From: Marispirochaeta sp.
GTDB lineage: Bacteria; Spirochaetota; Spirochaetia; JC444; Marispirochaetaceae
Reading direction: 5' to 3'
DNA: 64,000 nucleotides
Assembly (NCBI GenBank): GCA_963676835.2
Contig: CAXXFF010000002.1
Location: forward strand, 1,152,001-1,216,000
Each line of letters opens with the position of its first letter. The stretch's first letter is position 1. The notes under the pieces are model-generated. The model made no database searches. It was given only the letters and a program-made list of their open reading frames with translations, and was not told the DNA's origin. The position numbers and the translations under genes were made by a program. Positions 57,619 to 64,000 of this stretch are shown in pieces.

Positions 57619-58839
57619 TCAGCAAAATTTTGGAAAGAACCCTTTTTTCTGCAGGTTCCTGCGGAAAATCTCCAGGTTTTCCCGACGAACCAGGATTTTC
57701 ATCCCTTCTACCTTTAGAAAAAGATTCTCAAATTCCGGGCTTCCTGTGAGTATCCCAGTCAGAGTCTGGTCTTCCGGCAGGTCAATCAAAGCCCATTCCG
57801 AATCAACCGGCAGCTGCAGTACCCTGTATCTCAGCCGGGTAAAGAATTCTTCCCAGGAAGGCGGTAGTCCATCAATGGCGGCTGCCTTGAGATCGTCGAT
57901 AAGCTGCTCAAGTTCCTCATGGGACCCGCACAGGGTGGCAATTTTACCAGCGGAGATATGAAACTGGCCCGGTGCTATCTCATCGCCGCATTTTTCCAGA
58001 AGACTCCTGCACCGGGGCGAATCACGCTTCAGCAGGGCAAACAATCCCTCATCGGAGAATCCTGCACAGCCTGTTGACTTCCATTGCGGTGCGTTCCGGC
58101 TTATACCAAATACATATTTTCCCCAGGGAGTCAGCCGGATATGGCTGATCCCCTCCCATGGACTGAAATTTTCAAGCCAGGGGTGGTATCTGACTTCCGC
58201 CAGCCCGAGTACGATTACTGCTGCAAGATAATTTACAATCAGGGGCTCTATACAGGCCTGCCTCTGCAGTAGAGGGCTTTCCAGGTAGCGCTGTTCATCC
58301 CGGGTCCCGCTGTCGCCTAAAAAGTTACGGTATTCACCACGGGTTTCATAGTAGATGTAATCTGCGCTGTAGTCCGGATCCAGGCAGCCTGCCACCTCTG
58401 GAAGCCGGGAGCCTTCCATTATGAGCTCCTCTGTACTGAGCCACTTCTCTCCCTGCTGCTGTTGAAGGAAAAGATAGAGGTCGGCCATGGCTGCGGTAAA
58501 ATCGGGTATTTTTACCTTGCTGTGTTGTCCATGCTGTCTGAAATAAAGGTGAGGAAGCAGCAGTTCCCTGTTTTTTCCGCTGTTTCCGGCAAGAAACTCA
58601 TGAATTTCTTCTGCTGCATCTTCAGCACTGATTCTTGTTTCGGATGCCTTTTTGTGTTCTGAAAACAGATGTAGATAGATCTGCCCGGGCCAGTTCTGCC
58701 AGACAGGGTCGTCGGGGAAATCTTCCGGGAGCTGTACCTCCGGGAGACTGCCGTGGGCTGCGGTTTCTGCATATTCGATGAAGAGGTTTTCGTTGTTGAG
58801 GATTCCGCTTTTCCCTTCGGAGGCCTGTTTTTTCAGCAT
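57619..58839 (-). CDS. Hypothetical protein following the SNF2 helicase (C-terminus resembles helicase-associated domains)
   Basis: FSPWEGISHIRLTPWGKYVFG motif; 10 nt after SNF2 stop; start uncertain. Confidence 0.65.
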   Translation of the reverse strand: MLKKQASEGKSGILNNENLFIEYAETAAHGSLPEVQLPEDFPDDPVWQNWPGQIYLHLFSEHKKASETRISAEDAAEEIHEFLAGNSGKNRELLLPHLYFRQHGQHSKVKIPDFTAAMADLYLFLQQQQGEKWLSTEELIMEGSRLPEVAGCLDPDYSADYIYYETRGEYRNFLGDSGTRDEQRYLESPLLQRQACIEPLIVNYLAAVIVLGLAEVRYHPWLENFSPWEGISHIRLTPWGKYVFGISRNAPQWKSTGCAGFSDEGLFALLKRDSPRCRSLLEKCGDEIAPGQFHISAGKIATLCGSHEELEQLIDDLKAAAIDGLPPSWEEFFTRLRYRVLQLPVDSEWALIDLPEDQTLTGILTGSPEFENLFLKVEGMKILVRRENLEIFRRNLQKKGFFPKFC

Positions 58840-58849
58840 TTGAACAAGT

Positions 58850-61636
58850 TTATCCTAGAATAAAATCGAGGTCATCCCGGGTCAGGCTTTTGAGGGGGCC
58901 CGAGTCGGCATGAATTACCGACTGGAACAGTTCCCGTTTTTTCTGCTGCAGCTCCAGTATCCGCTCCTCAATGCTGTCTCTGGCGATCAGCCTGTAGGCG
59001 AATACCGTGTTTTTCTGGCCTATCCTGTGACAGCGGTCGATGGCCTGATTTTCCGCTGCCACATTCCACCACGGATCAAGGAGGTACACATAATGGGCAA
59101 CGGTGAGGTTGAGTCCTACACCACCGGCCTTGAGGGTCATGAGCAGGACCTTTTTACTACGGTCCTGCTGAAACTGCTGTACTACCGCCTTGCGGTCGGC
59201 GGTGGACCCGGTGAGAAACAGGTATTCCACCTGCATTTCATCAAGATCAGAGGCCAGTGAGTCCAGGGTCTGGAGGTAGTTGGAAAATACAACAGCCTTG
59301 TGATGGTTTGCGAAAACATCACTGAGGCTTTCTGTCATAAGGCTGCGTTTGGGGCTGCGGATAATTCCCGAACTGCGGCTCTCCGGAGCGCTGGCAATCT
59401 GACGCAGTTCGGAAATTGCCTGGAGAATGTAAATCTGGGATTCCGCAAGACCGTCCCGCTCCACCTTTTCCTGTACGCTGCGGAAATAATATTCCCGCCG
59501 TGATTCATACAGGCTGCGCTGGTCATCGTCCATCTCCACCATTAAAACCTGTTCAACCTTTTCCGGCAGATCTTTAGCCACCTCGTTTTTCAGCCTTCTC
59601 AGAAGAAAGGGACGGATTTTTCTGCGCAGATCTTCTGCTGTAATCTGGCAGGAGTCTCTCTGTATTGGATTGGCGTAGTTTTTCTGGAATTCTTTTATTG
59701 TTCCGAACATCCCCGGGTTGAGAAAACGGAAAAGGGAGTAGAGTTCCATCAGGTTGTTTTCCAGTGGGGTCCCGCTGATGGCGAGCTTATACTCACCGTT
59801 CAAAAGCAGAACTGCCCGGCTGATCCGGGAGGTAAGATTCTTGATATTCTGGGCTTCATCGAGAATGAGATAGCGGAATGAACGCTTTCTCAATTGCTGA
59901 ATTTCATTGCGCACTATGGTGTAGGTGGTGAGGATAATGTCAGCTTCCCCGGCTTTCGACCAGTCCCTGCCGGCGCCGTAGTAGGCATAGACCGACAGGC
60001 CGGGGCAGAATTTCTCCAGTTCCGCCTCCCAGTTGAATATCAGTGATTTGGGAAGGACTATCAGAGAGGGCATTCCCGGGTTTGAATGAACAGCAGAGAG
60101 CAGTGATATGGTCTGAACTGTTTTCCCCAGGCCCATATCATCCGCAAGACAGCCGCCCAGTCCGGTTTTGTAAAGATAGTAGAGCCAGCGGTATCCCTGG
60201 TCCTGATAGTCTCTGAGAGTGCCGGTGATAAGCGGCACCGGTGCCGGCCGTTTTTCCAGTGATTCAAATCCGCGAAAGACTCTTTCAGGTTCTACTGCGC
60301 CCGGGCCGTTCAGGGGTTCATCTATCAGGTCCTGAATCAGGGGCAGGTCAAAGAACGAGAGGGTTACTTCATCACCATTAATGGTTTTGAGTATCCGTTT
60401 CAGCCGGTTGAGAAACTTCCCGTCCAGTATAGCCTTGCTGCCGTCATTCAGCTGAATAAAGCCCCGGTCGTCGTGTATCTCTATAAGTTCATCCGGAGAA
60501 AAGCTCTCATCTCCGAGGTTTACCCGGCACTCCCCTCTCAAGAGGTCGGTACCGCCGCTTATACGCATTGATACCCTGGGTTGGGGAGTTAGGATCTTGA
60601 AGCGGGCGAGATTCCCGGTTCCATAGAGCAGCACCTGTTTTCCCAGAGCCGGGAGATCCATCTCGATAAATGCTTCTGCAAGTCTGGGCCCCATGCTGAT
60701 CCTGGACCCGTCCACAAAGAAGCCGTCGGAGCCGTTCAGAGACTTCTGTCTGCGTTGAATCCGTCGACGCAGCCGTGAAATATAGGGACCAGGGTCCGGA
60801 AGGGTAACCGTTTTGAGACGAATAGTTTCTGCGGTGTGGTCTATTTCGGCAGCTATTCCCGCATCGTAGCTGGTAAAAAAATCGGGAGGGTATCCGGGGT
60901 AGGTGAGTACTGCCTGAATATGCAGAAAGCCTTCCCTGTCCATTTCGTGGAAAATGATTCCCTCCTGGAGTTCTGCCTCTGCATCGTCTACTACTTCGTA
61001 GCTGCAGAAATCGAGGGGCATCCCCGGGAAGTGGGTATGGGCCAGGGATATGTACCGGGGGAGTTCATCTGCAGTGAGAATGGTGCATAAATGGCGGAGA
61101 CTGCGATAGCCCGGACCAGGGGATGCTCCGCGGTAAAGGAACTTTCCGTCAAGAATGAAATTTTCTGCAATGCCCCTGGGGTTGCGTAGAACTGTTCCGC
61201 CGCCGGAAACAAGCTGCCCTCTGTAGGGATTTTCTCCGCTGATGGAGATCCCCACGGTTTCGTCGATTACTTCGACAGGAGACCCGTCGGGCAGTTCCAG
61301 GCATTCTGTGGCAGCTGCGAGGCTGAGGATATACGGGTAACGGCTCAGAGGTATGCCTCCGGCTTTTTCCTTCTCTTCCCAGCCCAGCTGCATCTGCCGT
61401 GCGTCACCGATTTCCGTCAGAGCTGCAAGCAGGTCTCTCCATGGTCCCGAGTAGCTGCGGGGAGAAGGGAGCGGATCCGGCCTGGTGCCGTCATCACTTT
61501 CTACGTACAGAATTGCATCGCCGCCAAGGGCATCCAGCACGCAGCGCAGGCTTCCTTTAAGCGCAGATGAGGAAGAGGCGGTAGAGCCGGCGGAGGCAGT
61601 TGTTTTCAGGCGGAATGCTTCAAATAGGTCGCTCAT
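58850..61636 (-). CDS. SNF2-family helicase-like ATPase
   Basis: LRDYQ, LADDMGLGKT, DEAQ, SGTPLEN, LKAGGVGLNL, DPWWN, QAIDRCHRIGQ. Confidence 0.95.
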   Translation of the reverse strand: MSDLFEAFRLKTTASAGSTASSSSALKGSLRCVLDALGGDAILYVESDDGTRPDPLPSPRSYSGPWRDLLAALTEIGDARQMQLGWEEKEKAGGIPLSRYPYILSLAAATECLELPDGSPVEVIDETVGISISGENPYRGQLVSGGGTVLRNPRGIAENFILDGKFLYRGASPGPGYRSLRHLCTILTADELPRYISLAHTHFPGMPLDFCSYEVVDDAEAELQEGIIFHEMDREGFLHIQAVLTYPGYPPDFFTSYDAGIAAEIDHTAETIRLKTVTLPDPGPYISRLRRRIQRRQKSLNGSDGFFVDGSRISMGPRLAEAFIEMDLPALGKQVLLYGTGNLARFKILTPQPRVSMRISGGTDLLRGECRVNLGDESFSPDELIEIHDDRGFIQLNDGSKAILDGKFLNRLKRILKTINGDEVTLSFFDLPLIQDLIDEPLNGPGAVEPERVFRGFESLEKRPAPVPLITGTLRDYQDQGYRWLYYLYKTGLGGCLADDMGLGKTVQTISLLSAVHSNPGMPSLIVLPKSLIFNWEAELEKFCPGLSVYAYYGAGRDWSKAGEADIILTTYTIVRNEIQQLRKRSFRYLILDEAQNIKNLTSRISRAVLLLNGEYKLAISGTPLENNLMELYSLFRFLNPGMFGTIKEFQKNYANPIQRDSCQITAEDLRRKIRPFLLRRLKNEVAKDLPEKVEQVLMVEMDDDQRSLYESRREYYFRSVQEKVERDGLAESQIYILQAISELRQIASAPESRSSGIIRSPKRSLMTESLSDVFANHHKAVVFSNYLQTLDSLASDLDEMQVEYLFLTGSTADRKAVVQQFQQDRSKKVLLMTLKAGGVGLNLTVAHYVYLLDPWWNVAAENQAIDRCHRIGQKNTVFAYRLIARDSIEERILELQQKKRELFQSVIHADSGPLKSLTRDDLDFILG

Positions 61637-61764
61637 TTCAGGACTGGTATCCTATCATGCCCCGGGGCGGCTGGAAAAGCACGATGCTGCAGAACTTTTC
61701 CCGGTACCTTCATCGTGTTGCCGTAACCGCTTGACAGAGAATAGGGGCAGTATATACTCACCTC

Positions 61765-63645
61765 ATGGATTCGTGGTACTTCGAAGAGCTTACATCAACA
61801 AGTGTTTCATCCCTGTTTATTCGTCTTATGCGTGACTATAAACGCTGTCTCAATAATGAAATGACCGGCTGCAAAGGTTATACAGACAGTTCTCTGCCGG
61901 TAATGCTTTCCCTCTGGGGCCTGGGGGGATATCTCTCCCAGCCCGGGAGAAGTGACGTTATTGAAGACGACGGCGAGATGTTGCCCTTGTCCCGCTGGTT
62001 TGTGAGTGCCCTGGAAAACGGGGTGAATCCCACCTATCCGGGCCGCTGGAGCGGAACGGACAGTAAAAGTGCCAGGCATGATCCGCTTGTTACCGCAGGA
62101 GTGGCCTTTTCCGCCTGTATCTGCAGAGCCCTGCTGTTCCGCAGGCTTTCCTCTACCTCGATTCAGGATTTTCAGCAGTGGCTGGAAAATGAGTCCCGGG
62201 GTTCGGCTCGTAAAAAAAGCTACCAGAGTCTTGGAATCGCCCTGAGTCACGCATCTAGAAAGTCCATGGGTTTTGATTATGATGAAAGCATAATCAATAC
62301 AGCCTTCGAAACCATGGAGCGCTGTTTTACCGATAACGGTGGCTTCCGGGATCCCGGTAAGGATTCCCGCCGCTTTGATGACTCAATGAGCTACGGCTAT
62401 ATTACTTTTCTCTCCCTTCTTTTGTATCTCCAGGGTGGGAAAAGCAGCCAGTACTATGAGCTCTGGGCCCCCCGGCTGAGAAAGATTCTGCGGGATTATG
62501 TATATCTTTACAGTCCCGACGGCTCTACCCCCATGTACGGTGATGTTTCCGCAGGCAGCCTTGCCCGGCTTGCAGGACCGGTGGCAGGGTATCTTGCGGG
62601 AGTCTGGCCGGTGAAACCGGGAATCCTCCGGCGTATGATACGGCTTCACCTCAATTACCTTATGTCCCGGGGAATCCTCGATACAAAAAACGGCAGAATA
62701 GTTCCCGGAACAGGAGATCCTGCCTCGGGGCGTCACCTGCAGTCCATGCAGACTCTGGGGCTGCTTATGCTGATTCCCCAGGATGATCCATTCTGGAATG
62801 CCCGGGAAGAATCTCTTCCCATCGAGCGGGGAGACTTTGTTCATTACATTCCCTATGCGGGCTGGCTTATCCACGGAGCAAAACAGGACGGGAATATTCA
62901 ACTCATAAACGGCGGGTCGGCAATTCACAGCAGAGAGGTTGCGGATGTAACCGCCTACGGCAAGTTTGCCTACTCCGGACGCATCGGCTACGTGGCAGAT
63001 GCAGATCTCTCGCCTCTGGTTTACTGCTGTGATAACACCCTGTCCGCCAGCAGTGATAAAAAGGCCTGGAGTCATCGCAGCGCTCTCTCTGCTTCAAAGC
63101 TGATTGGAGACAGGGTTCTGCTTTCAACCTATACCTTGCCGGTGGAACATGCAAAAGGGCATTCCGGACCTCTCAAGGTTGATACGGTAATTATTCCTCT
63201 GAGAACCGGGGCGCAGATTCGGATTCACCGGGTTAAAAACAGAAGTCTGGGAAGCAAGGCAGTTCATCTGCGAGAAGGAGGCTATGCTCTGGGGGTAATG
63301 CCCGGAAGCGATGCCAGAACATCCGCAACAGGACAGATTGCCCGGGCGGAGAATGAAAACGGCTTTTCCCTGGTACGCATTCTTGCGGGTTACAGTTTTG
63401 CCGCTATATCTCAGGGATACGAAGGCCGCCGTAAAGGGCATACCGATGCTCCGGCCTTTCTGCTTCCCAGGGTGGAGACTCTGCTCAAATCCGGGGATGT
63501 GGCCTATCTGGCCGTCTACCTCCATGCCGGAGTCAATATAAATATTCTTGAATCCGGTGATTCCATCGAGTTCAGTCGCAAAGGGGATCAGATCTCCCTG
63601 AACGCAAAGGGAAAGTCATTTTTCGAATATGATTTTCAGTCCTGA
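61765..63645 (+). CDS. DUF2264-like protein
   Basis: G.NP..P..W, L.L..P.DDPFW.A.E..LP, YGKFAYS..G, DN.L, REGGYAL. Confidence 0.65.
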   Translation: MDSWYFEELTSTSVSSLFIRLMRDYKRCLNNEMTGCKGYTDSSLPVMLSLWGLGGYLSQPGRSDVIEDDGEMLPLSRWFVSALENGVNPTYPGRWSGTDSKSARHDPLVTAGVAFSACICRALLFRRLSSTSIQDFQQWLENESRGSARKKSYQSLGIALSHASRKSMGFDYDESIINTAFETMERCFTDNGGFRDPGKDSRRFDDSMSYGYITFLSLLLYLQGGKSSQYYELWAPRLRKILRDYVYLYSPDGSTPMYGDVSAGSLARLAGPVAGYLAGVWPVKPGILRRMIRLHLNYLMSRGILDTKNGRIVPGTGDPASGRHLQSMQTLGLLMLIPQDDPFWNAREESLPIERGDFVHYIPYAGWLIHGAKQDGNIQLINGGSAIHSREVADVTAYGKFAYSGRIGYVADADLSPLVYCCDNTLSASSDKKAWSHRSALSASKLIGDRVLLSTYTLPVEHAKGHSGPLKVDTVIIPLRTGAQIRIHRVKNRSLGSKAVHLREGGYALGVMPGSDARTSATGQIARAENENGFSLVRILAGYSFAAISQGYEGRRKGHTDAPAFLLPRVETLLKSGDVAYLAVYLHAGVNINILESGDSIEFSRKGDQISLNAKGKSFFEYDFQS

Positions 63646-63709
63646 TAGCCCTGAGGGATTAATATTAGTACCTTTGTCATATTAAATCGTGCCCACCGGG
63701 AGATCATTT

Positions 63710-64000
63710 ATGGCAAATGTTGAGCATGCGGTTGTTGGAGGGGGCTGCTTCTGGTGCCTGGAAGCGGTATTCAAGCGGACAGAGGGTATTCAACTGGTTG
63801 TCTCCGGTTATGCCGGAGGGAAAACAGTCAATCCCACCTATGAAGAGGTGTGCAGAGGCACCAGTGAACATGCCGAGGTGATTGAACTCACCTTTGATCC
63901 AGACATTATCAGCTACCGGAAAATCCTGAGAATATTTTTCAAATCCCACGATCCAACCACCCTAAACCGCCAGGGCGCGGATGTTGGAACCCAGTACCGT
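63710..64000 (+). CDS. msrA: Peptide-methionine (S)-S-oxide reductase, 3'-truncated by window edge
   Basis: My translation: [57 protein letters not shown]; not in the ORF track. Confidence 0.95.
   Translation, partial: MANVEHAVVGGGCFWCLEAVFKRTEGIQLVVSGYAGGKTVNPTYEEVCRGTSEHAEVIELTFDPDIISYRKILRIFFKSHDPTTLNRQGADVGTQYR

Noticed and set aside
63704..63949. 81-aa minus-strand ORF
   Set aside because: Antisense to the clear msrA frame

Overview
Gene-dense bacterial chromosome segment, about 50-55% GC by eye. It is inferred to come from a free-living Spirochaetaceae member (spirochaete-type 'LFAxGxxE' signal peptide, M30 lipoprotein, DUF3996-like and PEGA outer-membrane proteins, MBL-cNMP protein). 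No rRNA, tRNA, CRISPR array, integrase or transposase was seen. Most genes are housekeeping or metabolic: nspC, GH1 beta-glucosidase, radA, cyclophilin-FKBP, rex-serA, an ABC exporter pair, lplA-like, an ECF sigma/anti-sigma module, MCP, larA-family, glgX, SNF2 and msrA. The main accessory feature is a ~13 kb amine-utilisation locus (20455-33604). It encodes an AraC regulator, APC permease, DUF3156-like protein and secreted WD40 protein, followed by a gamma-glutamylamide synthetase-like enzyme, GlxBCD/MgsABC-like N-substituted-glutamate synthase subunits, a four-part Fe-S/flavin dehydrogenase without a THF-binding domain, and RidA. Both operons share an upstream motif. Non-coding signals read directly from the sequence include a yjdF-type riboswitch, a Rex operator, an ECF promoter and a TetR operator. 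There are also two promoter-plus-terminator-bounded small RNA candidates, a ~450 nt structured then extremely A-rich non-coding unit after a CsgD-like regulator, and many apparently leaderless genes. All family assignments come from motif recognition, not database searches.
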